Source: Octopus vulgaris
Lineage: Eukaryota
Length of the DNA stretch: 64,000 nucleotides
NCBI GenBank assembly: GCA_951406725.2
Contig: OX597818.1
Span: 98,890,001-98,954,000 of the forward strand
Direction of reading: 5' to 3'
In this document: in pieces, positions 24,845 through 38,997 of the stretch
Layout of the letters: each line of letters starts with the position of its first letter
How positions within the stretch are numbered: the first letter of the stretch is position 1
Made by a program: the position numbers and the translations under genes
Notes under the pieces: generated by a model
The model's input: only the letters and a program-made list of their open reading frames with translations
Told to the model about the DNA's origin: nothing
Database searches by the model: none

Positions 24845-27110
24845 TTACAACATTTCACTGTCCATTGATTTAAAATATTGCTGCTGCAAATGAGTAAGTT
24901 GCTTGCGTCGATATTCATAGTATTCTTCGCGCAGCCGTTCAAAACGTTTTTCAGAGTTGCTATAGCGACTCGGCTTACGTGGCTTTGGGTAGAGACTTTT
25001 ATACAAATCATTAGCATTTAACAAAATTTCTGGTGGTGAAGCTGTGCTCCGGGTGGAAGGCTCTCGGCGTGTTGAGTGTCTTTCATCCAGTTTACACTCA
25101 ACAATACCTGGAGCATTGTGAGATATTAATGTTGAGTCAAAATCGTAGTGTTCATCTCCTGAGAAGTCCCGTCGGTTGGAATTAGAAGCATCTATAATCA
25201 GGGAAGAGTCCAAACTGACATCATAGTCTTGAGGGGAAGTAAGAGAACTCGCTGAAGTACTGTCCATGGGTGCTGCAGCCCTCGTGTGAGTGTAAAACGA
25301 AGACGATGGACCACTGTGGTGACTACCAAGTCCACTGCTATAGGAGTCTGGAAATGTATCCATTTTACTACTAGTACGGCTGATGCCATCGGGGTAGTTA
25401 ACCCTGCCAAATATACTTCCCCGACCTGAGCTACTCATACTAGTTCGAATCTCTTCTGGGACTCCACCATCAAAATGATGACTAAGTACAGTGTCGATGT
25501 TTGGAGTTTTATTCCTATAGCATGGCATGGTCGTAGAATAGTCACTTGGCTGATCCTTAGCAGGGTATGTGCTATTTGTGTGGGGTATGTTTTCAATGCA
25601 GTTATAGGGGTCAAATTCTTTTTGTCTAAAAGTAGAGTTAGTCTGTGATGGTATTGGTGACATCTGATGAGGTTGGTTGACAGCAAGAGTACAGTTGGAG
25701 TTCAGCTGATGTTTAGGGGCCAGTTGACCACATTTAACCATCTCTTGACAATTATTTGAATATCCAAATAACTGGTTGTTGTTGTCCTTGCACTCTCCAC
25801 CTTCTGAATTGTTGTAAAGTGAGTGTGAATGTGTATAGCTTACATGGGGCACGAAATTGTGGTTGTGTGTTGCAACAGCTGCTGCTTGCGTCTGGAGTTG
25901 GTGAGGGTTAGAAAAATTTTTTCTTACATTATCAAGGTGAAACTGAGGCTGAGGTTGAGGCTGGTAGTAATTAGGCCCTTGGCCAGTATGAAAATAAGCT
26001 GAAGAATTTCGTTGCTGGGGGTGAATGCTTCGAGTTTTAAATGGCACTGTACCAGAATAAGTGAGCTGTTGGTTTTCTTTCAAATGTCTTTTCAAATAGA
26101 CTGGCTCATTTTCAGAAAGGCTGGAAGGAAGAAAGCTTCCTTGAGGGCTACTGAATAGTGACTGTGGCAGATCTTGGTCACGTGACCGCTCTGAAAATGA
26201 TGAAGGCTGTACAGAACTGATATCGCTTATCTGGAATGGGCGAAGACTGTTAGCATCATCAGGGCTACTTGTCAAGTAGGTTTTGTTCATAGAGTGATGT
26301 TGTGAGTTAGGTGAGAATATAGAGCTATGAGCATAACATGACTTAAGAGATGCTATAGATGAAGATGACTTGAGATGTTGAGCATGATGGTAAATAGCAG
26401 CAGCAGCAGCAGGGGCAGCAGACATACCAGGTGAAGTTGTAGTCCAAACTGGTGACGTCATATGATTTCTAAGAGTATTAGTGCCAGGAGAATGTCCAGA
26501 GTCCAGAGTGAGAGTAGTAGTAGAAACAACTATGCTAGAAGCATGTTTATACTTCTGTGTATTGTCTGGAACACTGACACCATTTGGCCTATGAATTTGT
26601 GCTCTTGTAATATGCAAATTAACAGGGGAGTGCGACTGTAGCAAACAGGGTGAAACAGGGTTATAAACATTACTGCGGTGAACACTTGTACAGGCAATCC
26701 CGTGCCCAATGGGGGACATAGGACCAGGAGAGGATAACTGTTGTTGTCTTAGTGATGTTACAATGTCTGTGTCTGGACATTGCTGAACCAGTTTGTTGGG
26801 AGGTCTTACATTAGCAAGTTTTGTGTCCTGTTGTTGGGTTTTGGCCCCATTGTTGAGGGATGTACTTTTTGGAAGGGCACTGCGCTGAACAGACTTCTGT
26901 TGGTCCTGAAAAATATAAGGTCGCAATGATGATGGTGGCAAATGTCGTTTGGAAGGCAGTGGTTGGGCAACGGGATTGCATTTTAATATGTCCGAAGGGG
27001 AGTGGCAGGACATCACAAAAGTTTGGTTTAGCATACCCATAGGGTTGACAGCTTTCACAATGTTTCTTCTTCCATCTTGGTCCCCATAATTCCATTCTGA
27101 CGAAGTTTCA
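24845..27110 (-). CDS. tutl: Terminal coding exon: ~755-aa Ser/Pro/Gln/His-rich cytoplasmic tail ending in the stop codon
   Basis: The 737-aa ORF (24845-27058) extends open to an acceptor ttcatttacAG at 27112-27111. The phase-2 start T|GAA ACT TCG.. matches the upstream 46-nt exon. GC content is clearly higher than in the flanks. Confidence 0.93.
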
Positions 27111-30100
27111 CTGTAAATGAATACAAGAACAATATTACTTATATGAAAAAAAAAATTATATTTGCTTCAGTGTATTCCCTAACTTTTAATGATTGCTTTA
27201 AACATATGCTAAAACACAAAAAGAAATGTCAAATGAAACCAAATTTGTAATCTTTAACCAACTAGAAGAATAATCTAATTTTTAAATATGTAATGGGGAT
27301 AAAGGAGCTTAATCAAAGTAACAAATGCTGTTTGTTAAAGAATTATGAACAAACATGGGAAATAACAATGACAATTGCATTATTCAATGTCACATACTGG
27401 ATGTATATAGTATGAACTGAAGATGAGAAATACAAAAGCTTTTGATGACTTTGGGTGAGATGATATAGTAAGTGTCAACAGTTATTAAATTCTGTAATCA
27501 TTGCTAATTTTCACTTAACTACAAATGGCTCAAGTCATCTACTTTCAGATGGGTAGTGGAGAAACATTGCTTTTGCTGCAAAACTCAAGAGAAACATAAT
27601 TCCTAAATGATTTGTAGTACTTGGGTCACATATTTCCATGAGCTACTGGAGAGCAGTCCAATTCTTCTTGGCATTAAGGAATAGTTTTTTAATCAAGTAT
27701 CAGCAATGGAAGAAAAAGAAAAGCATTCATGACCTTATTGCTTCATGTCACAGACTGATAAGAGGAGGGTAGGAATAACTGATGGATCATTTTCATAATA
27801 AACACCTGGTCCAAATGCTTGCAATAGAATGATCACTGCTAAAAGAACCCCCAGACAATAGTTGTAGGTTTTACATTCTATTAAATGTAGTAGTTGAGAA
27901 AGTTTGAGACATAACATTTAGGATTAATAGAGTGGAAATAATGAGGACAAACATTAAAGATTTTCTTGAAGTAACTTTCACAGATGCAAAGTTAGGCATA
28001 AAGATCAACTTTTATTATAAGAAATATATAGCCTATTAAGTTTACTTCAGTAAATCAGTAATGAGACCTGCAGCAGACTGACATATATGTTATTTTACTA
28101 CAATCCAAATAGTGTCAGCATTAAAAATCTTACATGGAGCTGTATACTGCATATTTAGAAAAGCTGTACAACTTTTAATAGATTATTGCACTCAAGGTAA
28201 AGGACAACCATTACAATGGTAAATAACATGTGCACTGTAGGGAGGACGAGTATTTCAATAATTTCTAAGTCAAAGCTTAAATTATCTAATGTACATTGAT
28301 AATAAGTTTTACCAGGTAGAATTTTTTTAATAGCACCACATGAAAGCAAACTATTCATAATCCTTTGGTTAATTCCAATGAACTAATAGATTATGAGATA
28401 TACTGTCACCATACTAACAATGTTTATTGAAGTTTCACAGCCTTGGTAATTTTCACTAATATTTTAATGATTATACACTAAAATTTTTAACCAACATAAT
28501 CATCAACATGACTACCTAATACACTGACACAGCAAAATAAATACATGTGTAAACAACTAAACAATCTTTGCTTTTCATGTAAAAACGTTTCCAAATATAT
28601 ATTTATATTTTAATGCATAAATTAATATTTGCATGCAAATTACATGCGTAAAACATTACTGCATAATCACACCATGACAAATAGCAACAACATGCTGAAG
28701 GTATTTTGAGTAATAGCAGGGTGTGTGAAAAGAGAAAATGAGTGTGTGGTTAATGTCTTTCTCAATGCAAGTAAAACAAAACTGGAATTGGAAATCAAAT
28801 TATACCACAAATAACATTTATCCCGAATTTGTCAATACCATGCATTTAATACAACTGCTAATAATGATGATGATGATGAAAGAGGGTGAAAAAGAAAGAT
28901 GAAGTTGATTTCTTGCTACAATTTACACGACCCAATTTTCAAGAGTAATGTAAGAGGTATTAAAATATTTATACCCAGACATATCTACCAAAACTATTGT
29001 TTTCACATTAATGTTAGGGATGGTATAATGATAATGAAGATGACAAGATTTTCTATGGTGAATATACAATAAATATTTTAGAACTTCGTTTCAAAATAAA
29101 CGAAGATGATGAAAGAAAGATGAAATGACATATTTCTGTATGGAGAACATATACAATAAGAATTTTTAGTGTTTAGTGCTGCTGTATATGATAAACATAA
29201 AATGAAGTTATAATGATGATAATAGTGAAGAGTGGTACATGGATGATGATGGCAAAAATGTTAATGACATCCATGACGCTAGTAAGTACGAAAATAATGT
29301 TAATGATGGTGGTAGTAATAATAACATATTTTTTCTACTCTAGGTATAAGGCCTGAAATTTTGGGAGTGGGTCCAGTCGATTAGATCGACCCCAGTATGC
29401 AACTGGTACTTAATTTATTGACCCCCAAAAGGTTGAAAGGCAAAGTCAACCTTGGTGAAATTTGAACTTGATAATATATTGCTACTGAAATGATATTAGA
29501 AAAGAAATAGCAATTATACTGAAGATGATACTAAATGATGGGATGACTGTTTTAAGTCCAGTATTGAAAGCAAATGAGTTGCAAAAATAAATAACATATA
29601 ACACAAAAACTGCTAATATACAACAAAAAAGCTCATTCACTAGATATCTTAAATGTGCAATGATAAAAAGAAGAAAAGATGATTTCAGAAGAGTATGTGT
29701 GTGTATGTATTCCTCAACTGAATATTCATGGATTAAATGCAATCAGTTCTCACAAAGGATAGATATTTATTATAAAGATATTACAAAGGATAAATATTTA
29801 TTTATGCCTCATACTGTATAATAAAGTCAATTACTTGTTCTTTTATGACAAAAGGACTCCGTCAATGAATGATCAAATGTATTGACTTTGAAGGAAAGAT
29901 TGAAATAGGAATCATAAAAGTCACTGTTTGCTCAAGGATCTTCATGGCTTAAATGAAGTGAACAGGGAATTGAAAGAGAGTTGGAGCAATGACTAATCAG
30001 GAACTTGATTCCTATTGAATAATGTTCAGAAATTAGTTCTTACACATATAAAAACCTTACAATTAAGTTAATAAATGGTTTGTATAATAATCAAAGCAAT

Positions 30101-31408
30101 GATTATCATACATTCATTAGGAGTATGTGTGAGAAACTAGTGCAGAATTTTATCTTCGTTTAAAAATCAGTTGTTTTAATATAATGCATTGACAAATTAT
30201 TACAAACCAATGTGGGAGCCACCATGCAGTAGCACAATCTACTAAAAACATCCAATCTTCAAAGAGAAAAAAAACTATGTATTGGATAATGAAGTCTGAG
30301 ATAAACTATGTCTGAAATAATTGGATGGTCACAAGTAGAATGTTCACAGATAGGATGCAAAATGATACAGAACTGTCAGTAAATATCTCACTTCATCTTC
30401 CTTCTAACTGCTAAAGTGGCAACAGATGTTGAAAACGTTTCTAGTATGGATAATAGCTGATAGCTCTATCTCTTCAGATCATAATCAGTCTCCTTCATAT
30501 CAATAATGGTTTCCTACTAGCTTTAGCATACCTCAAATGCATCTCACTATATATAATACTACCACTTCAGTAATATTCTTTATCACAATAATTGACCATT
30601 AGATTTGTCTGAGATCTGTGGTATAGTAGTCAACACCTGCAGTAATCTATACTTATTATAATCTATGGTGGTTAAATGGTAATCTACATACTTGTCAAGA
30701 GAAGGTAATACAAAGATCTATTCTGCAATGCGACATTTCCAATAACACCAACGATCCTGTTACCTTAGAAACAGTTTTAATTGTAACTTGTTAAACTTCC
30801 CATTAAAACCAACAAAAGGACATATAACAATTTCATTACCAACAACACCACATACACCAAGAAAACAATAAACCACAAACATAAATTGTGTTCAATCCAT
30901 CCATAATAGCAACAGTTAATATATGAAAGTATTTCAGTGAATATGAGTGGAGAAAACACTGTGAACAACAACAGCCATAACAATATAAACAACAATGGCA
31001 GATAAGAAAAAAAAAATCACCTTTTCTATTTTTCCTGGAAAGCATTGAAAATAAAAGTGAAAATTAAATTTTAAAAGAAAACATTTGATATATCACCGTA
31101 AATATTATTAATAGTTTTCACTAGTCTTATGTTTTTCCTTTTGTTTTGGTGGTCATTTATTATCAAGTGCAGCTCTATTTACTTTGGATAAGTGAAGTGT
31201 TTTGTTTTGGATGGTGTTTCTGATTGAATTGAAGTACTCTATATAAAATTGTGCAGTAACTAGTAGTGAGATGTTTTGATTGCTTTGTATATTTGTTTAG
31301 GTATGTGTTAGCTTACTTTCTTTTTTATCTTTCTCACTGTACCCATTATTATAGAATTTATTTCTGCTTTCTGTCATCATACTAGTTATTTCATTTTCCA
31401 GATCTTTA

Positions 31409-31445
<37 letters not shown>

Positions 31446-34400
31446 AAACTTCCTCCTAACCTACATCATACACATATTTTCATTTCTTGTCACCAACATT
31501 CTCCTACCTAGCATCTTCAAGATAAAAAAAATTATTGTATAATGTACTTATAGATACATAGTCTGAAAATAAGAAGTGTGTTCATGGTTCGCATGCTTTG
31601 AGTTTAGATTAGCCTAATCAGTACAGTCCTGGAGCTGAGCAACAATATCAATTTCCTAAACAGTTTTCTACAAAAATAATATATAAATCCAATGATGATT
31701 TTAATTAATGTGTGTGTGCATATACTTTAACAATTCAGCTGTACAGAAGATGGAATATAAATACCACAAAAAAGTCAGCCAAAAGGTTTTGATAAACCCA
31801 TACCAAAAGATGCAAAATTCTACTTCATTTCAGCACAAAATGAAATAAAATGGCTTTTATTTCATTATTATATCACTTTTAAAATCTGGCTTGTTATCAA
31901 TATAATATCACTGGTGTTATAAATCATATTAAAAATTAAAATAATAATAAAATGAACATTAATACCAGTGAAACTCAAGCATCTATTTTATTATGAGGAT
32001 TTAATTCTAAACTTTTAAAAATGATCTAAGTTACTAGATTAATGTAATTTCAAGTGAATGAGGATATACAGAGTATACACTATAATCCTAATTATTAATA
32101 ATGACAAGCAATATGAAGAGAAAAATAGTTCAAATAAATATCTAAATTAAATATGTGGCACAAGAACCATAAATTTAAAGTGTAGGATACCTAGTCTTTT
32201 AAATTCAGTTTTTACTAGATTAAATATTTTCAGAGATATTAACAATCTTTTCACTTGAGTTTTATGGTTGACTACTAGTCTAAGCATAAAAACTAATTAT
32301 TCTCACAAAATATAAAAACCAACAATTTGAAATGAAGTAGAAAAATATGTCATCAATGCTAACAATTAAAAAATATAAAATACTTACTTCCTAGAAGAGT
32401 CTACTTGGTCCGGCTCAAAGTATTTCACATTTCCTGCAATACAAAATGAGAGCTGTGAGTGAGCATATCATCGAGTAAATCAGAGATAGTGGGTTAAGAA
32501 TTATTTAAAATTTTATTTGGTTATCTAAGAAAGAAGGAGAGTGCTGATATTTTGTAATCCAAAGGAAGAAGGACAATGTGTATGCATTTTGGACCATAAT
32601 AGTTTTAAAGGGATTAGAATAAATGCATGTTACTGTCATGGTTGAGTTAATTTAAGTATGTCTCAGATTTTAAGATGTGTAGGATGCTGTCTAAGGTTAA
32701 GTATGTCTACCAGAATGTGTCTGATATGTTCAAATCTGCTGCAGGCATTTTATTATGCCTTTGAACAGAATATTTAATTCTGCCTGCCTGCATCAATTCA
32801 CCTTGGTTTTATGAACAGGGACTTGCAATAATTATTGCTTATTGGCTTAAAGTCCTGAAATCAGAGCAAGGTTCAAGTGCTTGTGATTCTTATAGGGCTT
32901 TTGACAAATTTACATTTTATTTCCAACAACAACAACAACAAAAAAACGTTTCAGGATGAGTAGGTTACTAAGTGTCATGTCATATGTTATGAAAGAAGCT
33001 TTTGAATATATGTGTACGAGAAAAATGAAGAAAAGATAAAATGTGTAAGAAAAATATTTGTACCTGAATATTGTCTTATATGAAGTGGAGAAAGAGAAAT
33101 ATACACATAGTAAAAATACATAATATAAAATGTCAGAATTCAAGTGAAAGTTATACTGAAATTACTGGTTAAATAACACATCTTACAGTTTGAAAGAGGA
33201 AGACAGTAAAGCACCAAAATTAGTAAAGGATAACATGAATTTGGCTGAAAGGATACATATTTACAGGAATATTTTACAAAATAATTTGATTGAAATAGTT
33301 AGAGATAAAATAATCATAAAATACTACCTGTGATATATTTCAAATATTGAACCCACAAAACTAAACTTGGGTAGGTGTATATAAGTGGAGATGTTAGATG
33401 AACATGTGTAAAAACCAGTGGACCTGGTTGCATGCAAGTATATGTTTGTATTCATAATTTAATAGTAATGTGCCATAGCATAACATTTCACCATCACAAG
33501 ACCAGTCAACTTTGCTGAAAATAGAACTGTTACAGTACCACCAGAAAAATTAAATGTGTTTCATTGCTGTTTAATGCTAGAAGTGAATCTTATAGAATCT
33601 CTCCCAATTAACAGACTGAATTCCCCATTGATCGAGGTATCTGATTACAAAAACAAAGTAGCAATCAAACAAGCAGTAACTGTTTCAAACTCCTTAGAAA
33701 ATGTTGGCACAAGGCCAGGAGTTTTACATCAATTACATCAATCCCAGTACTTGACTGGTACTTATTTTATCAACCAGGTAAGGATGAAAGGCAAAGCTGA
33801 CCTTGGCAGAATTTGAACTTAGAGCATAAGGAAGGCTGAAATGCCATTAAATGTTTTGTCTGGCATGCTAATGGTTCTGCCAGCTTGCTACCTTAAATTA
33901 TTTTGAAAATAATAACAGTGAAGTTTGATTTAAGTTACTAAACTGATTTCCTATTTCCCTTCTCAACTGGTCCACAGTTTCTTCCTTAACCCCACCTACC
34001 AACCTAGCTTGTTCCCCTGCTCCTGCCCATGCTGCTGCACTTGCCCCTACCCCTCCAACACCACCATCTGAACAGGCACCCATCATCATCCCTATCATAT
34101 CACTGACTCCTTTACCTGCACTTCTAGCAATGTCATTTACTGCATCTCCTGCTCTTTCTTGCCCTTCTCTGTACATCAATCAAATGGGACGCCGCTTGGT
34201 TGACTGGTTCACGGAGCACCTCTGAGACATTAGACTTGGCAATGACACCCTGGTTTCATACCATTTCCACTCTACCAGTCATTCATTACAACACCTGTCT
34301 GTGTTCGGATTACCTTTATACAGGAGCCATCTGGACTCCCACCCTTGCCGTGAACATGAATTGATCTTCTCTCTTCGCGCCACATGGGCTCAACTTCCCT

Positions 34401-34867
34401 CCTCTCCTCTCTTGCCCTGATATCTACTTGCTCTCTTCACTCCTACCCATCTTCTCTCTGCATTAATACCCCCTCCATCCACCCCACCCCACACACACTA
34501 GCACTGACCACTTCCCAGCACCCACATCACACCATCATCTGCACACCCACACATCCACATGTAAAAATCACAAGTCCCTATCCATACACACACACCTGCA
34601 TCTTCATTTTGTGATCATCAGTACTTTATTATCTCGCCTTCTTCCTAGCTCTCCCGTTCAACTACCATTTTCCAACTAGTCGCCATGATTGACTGCTAAA
34701 TCTACAAGTTCTTTTTAATTCTCTCTCTGTATATTTCTTTGCGTTCCTTTCTCTTGAAGACCGTAGGCTCGAAACGTAGAAGTCTTTCTCATCTTCCTGA
34801 GTGTCAAACTAATACATCTGCTTGTAGTTTATACACATGTCTTTGTCTTTTGTTTTTCTGTAAATTT

Positions 34868-34906
<39 letters not shown>

Positions 34907-36353
34907 TTGCAGGAGTGTATAGTATGCTTGTTTGTAAGTTTAATTGCTATTTTTGTAATGAAAATATGTAGAATCTGATGTAAATAAGTGTAGAAACTAT
35001 TATTTATACCTGTATCACAGGTATAAATTTAAATCCTAAGAGTATTTATTGTGTGCACATGTAGTTATTTGTAAACACAATTTGTAATGGATTATCATAA
35101 TCAGAAAATGAACTATCAATGTTTGAGCAAATCTATGAATGAACTCACACACACAGACAGACCTCATGTGCTCATATATTTACATATAATGCTGAGTGTG
35201 TAAGAAAACTTGAATTTTAAATTGTTTTTTCTTACAAATAGTTCTCAATATTTATTTTAAACTTGTAAGATTTCTTGCAGCACACAATACTGTGCAAATA
35301 TCTTACCATATTTTTTGGCTTTCTTTTTCTGTTTTCTCTTGCTTATGATGACAGCTATAATGGCGAGAATGACAGCAATAAGTAGGAAAGCCAAGCCACC
35401 AACAATGCCACCAATGGCTGGCACTGGTAATGCTGAAACTAGAATAAAAATAAAAATATATGGAAGACAGAAAATGAATTATTTTGTTAAAAGAAATAAT
35501 AACTTTCTTTACTTTCTGGCTTTATTTCTTTTATCCAAAATGAGAATTTTGTAATTACAAGCCTTTGACTAATCTATAAAATTTTAAAACCTATTCGAAC
35601 TAAACTTTAAACAACTTTAAACCAGTCTCAGTGAGTTTAGAAGGATATAAACAAAGAATATGAATACTAAATCATTTTAAGTGTGAGTCTTCGAGTGGAT
35701 ACAACTATAGATAATAGCATGTAATATATTGGGTTAAAAACTCTTGGATAGAGAAAAGGGTGATGGCTTCCTGCACAAATTCACCTCTTCTGTACACTAC
35801 CTTCTCTCTTGAAATTAATAACTGAACACATTCAACAAGAAGAGACACATATTTCAATTTTCTATCTAAACTATCTAGTGCAGATAAAAACATTAAAACA
35901 CAAAGTTATATGCAAATTACTCTATTCATAGTAACATAATCATGAACTAGAAATAAATAGCTTTGACTATATTTCCAGTCTCTTCTCTGGCATGCATGCA
36001 TGCACACACACACACACACATAAATACAGATAAACAGACTCTACTATTTTGTGTGATAAAGACAACCTTCTCTAGTGTGCTGGAACAAAGAAAATTTTGA
36101 TAGTTACTTATAAATAATAACATATGATAAATCAAATAACCCATCATAATCACACTCAGACAAATACACAAAAGGAAATAATAGTAAAAAGTTATTAATT
36201 AACAAATGTCCAGCTGTCATTTGCAATCAGGATTTAAGAAATGAAACAATATTGGGAAGCATAAAACAATTATGACAATAACAGTTCTAATTAGAAATAG
36301 TTACAAAGTCACCAGCAGAAAATTCACTGATTTTCAAGAACACAAAAAATAGC

Positions 36354-36384
<31 letters not shown>

Positions 36385-38958
36385 TAATAATAATAATAAT
36401 AATAATAATGACAATGACAATAATAATAATTCTTTCTACTATAGGCACAAGGCCTGAAATTTTGGGGGAGGGGATAAGTCAAGTACATCAACCCCAGAGT
36501 GTAACTTATTTCAATGACCCCAAAAGGGTGGAAGGCAAAGTTGACCTCGGCGGAATTTGAACTCAGAACATAAGAAATGGAGCTAAGCATCTCACTTGGA
36601 TTGCTAACAATTCTGCCAGTTTACAACCCTAATAATAACAATAATGATGGTGAGGATGATGACTTCATATACTTTCCACAGAGGCACCTGATGAGAGGGA
36701 CAACAGAAGGACAAGTTACAATTTATGTGGGGATTTACATAATAGGAAAGATGAAAAAGGAAGGGAAGGAAGAGAAATTAGATAAAATATTTACATAGCA
36801 TACAAACTATGTGAAAACATGAACAATGCAGTCCTTCTAAAGAGAGAGGTGTCTGCACTCAAATCCTTTCAGCCTCATCCATCAGTCTCTTTTGCCAAAA
36901 CCACCAGACAGAGGCACCCTGCTTTGTTGAATGAGGGTGGTAGGCAATCTTCATGATGGACTCAGCTGATAGCTGGATCTGTCCTACACATGACAATAGA
37001 TGTTCAACATAACTCCACAAGCCAATAATGTTCAGACACTGCACGAGTGCTTGCAGTATATTTTCATTTCAGCCGATCTTGCCTGATGGTACATCTATGC
37101 CTGTAAAGGTTATCTTGGAATAGTAGTGCTTCTCAATAGCATTGTAAGGCCAAGGATTTCTGTAAGCTATCCACAATTCTCCAGAACAGAGCAATCAGTT
37201 TGCCCTTGTTAACACCTACAGTTTCCTCGTGAATTTCATTGCTCTTACCCACTATTAATTCTTTAAATATTGCTAAAGTAGAATTTCTACTGACTGCATT
37301 GTCAGATACTCAGTCTTGGCCTCTTCTTGATCCAGGACTGCAGCTCTGTCAAAGTGATGAGTGGTGGAAAAGCATGCCTTATAATGGGGACAACACCTGC
37401 TCCCTGTCTAGGAAATTCTGCAGGTGGTTCAACCACTATGTGTATCTGTGCATCAGCTAAGCCCACCTTCCAGAGGAGGCTGGTAACAGTGAAAATGGTG
37501 ACCCTTTCACAAGAAGTGGAAGAGATGATCTAATGTGGTCAAACACAGAAACGAGGCAAATTCAGGCATTCACCACCTCAGCTCAACCTTTCAGGGATAA
37601 CTTCTCTCAGTCCATTTCTGAATGAGGCTAACCATCCTGCTCATAACCTCATCCCAGTTCCTGTTCACCTGTAGGTCCAGACTGAACTAAACCTCGAGCA
37701 GTTTAACCAGATTATCTGTCCAGTGATCTACAACACAGATGGCATAGACATACCCCTTCAAATACAATGCTGCAAATCCATCAACTTATCTGGATTCAAT
37801 TTTTGTTCCTGCTATCATGGAGTATTCTTTAGAAAGATGTTATTTCAATGTCTGTGATGTCTGACATTACAGTGATATCAGATTATATGTTGACCCAGCT
37901 CTCCTGCATCTCAACTTGAAATTGATGCCCCACAGGAGTATTAGCTTCTGCAGTAATGGTTTGAGAACCAGAATGTATATGAAACGAGAGAAAACAACTC
38001 TCATGTTCAGAGCGTGTGATATAAAATGATTCTGAGCGGTGGCTGTTCACTTTGAGCACCGAGAAAATACCACTGTGTATTACTGCAATACAGCCTCAAT
38101 AAACATGTCTGAAATTGTTTTTTCTTTTACATAAAGTTATGTAAGTCTAGTAATTTTGAGGAATGGGGTTTAGTTGACTATATCAACCCCAGTACTTGAC
38201 CAGTATTTTACTTAATCAACCTCAAAAGGATGAAAGGCAGAGTTTTCCTCTGAAAGATTTGAATGTATAGAATTGGAAGAAATACTGCCAATCTACTGTC
38301 TTAATAATAACAATGATGATAAGCTTTAGCTGACAAAATTGATGATAGTATACTAATTATCAACATAGCAATACAAATAACTGTAATATGTAGAGACAAG
38401 CTGAAAAGCTAAGAAAATACACTGAAGTAGCTTTTAAATTAAAAAAAACAACATTATGCTAATTATGAAATACATCCATTATCAAATTTGTAACTGAAGA
38501 AATATTAACATATTACTAATAAAGATAGACATAGGTAAGCAAAAATGATGATTATGATGATGTGATGATGATGATAATTAAACAGACATGATGGATCAGT
38601 TGCTTACTAATTGACTTGTCGTGTCCATTTGATTCCAGAATTGCAAAGGAAGGAGAACAATTTTTTAAATACAATTCCTTAACATTTGAAATTGAGAGAA
38701 TTTGGAGAATGAAAACTGTAAAGGTTGTGCTTGTAATAATGGGTGCATTAGGAACTGTGAGTAATGATATAGACAAATGGTTGAAGGAGATTGGTATAGA
38801 ATGTTTTGTAGAGCTTCTACAGAAAGTTTGCCTCAAAGGGACAGGAAGATTGTCTGAAGGGTTATAAGCACTTGAAAAATTATAGAAAGCTTGTGAATAT
38901 CTAAGATTAAAGGTACCTATATAAATTCTACCAGGAATAAGAACAAACCTGAATCAAG

Positions 38959-38997
<39 letters not shown>

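Noticed and set aside
35315-35554. Plus-strand 79-aa ORF with a signal-peptide look
   Set aside because: It is the antisense shadow of the TM exon.
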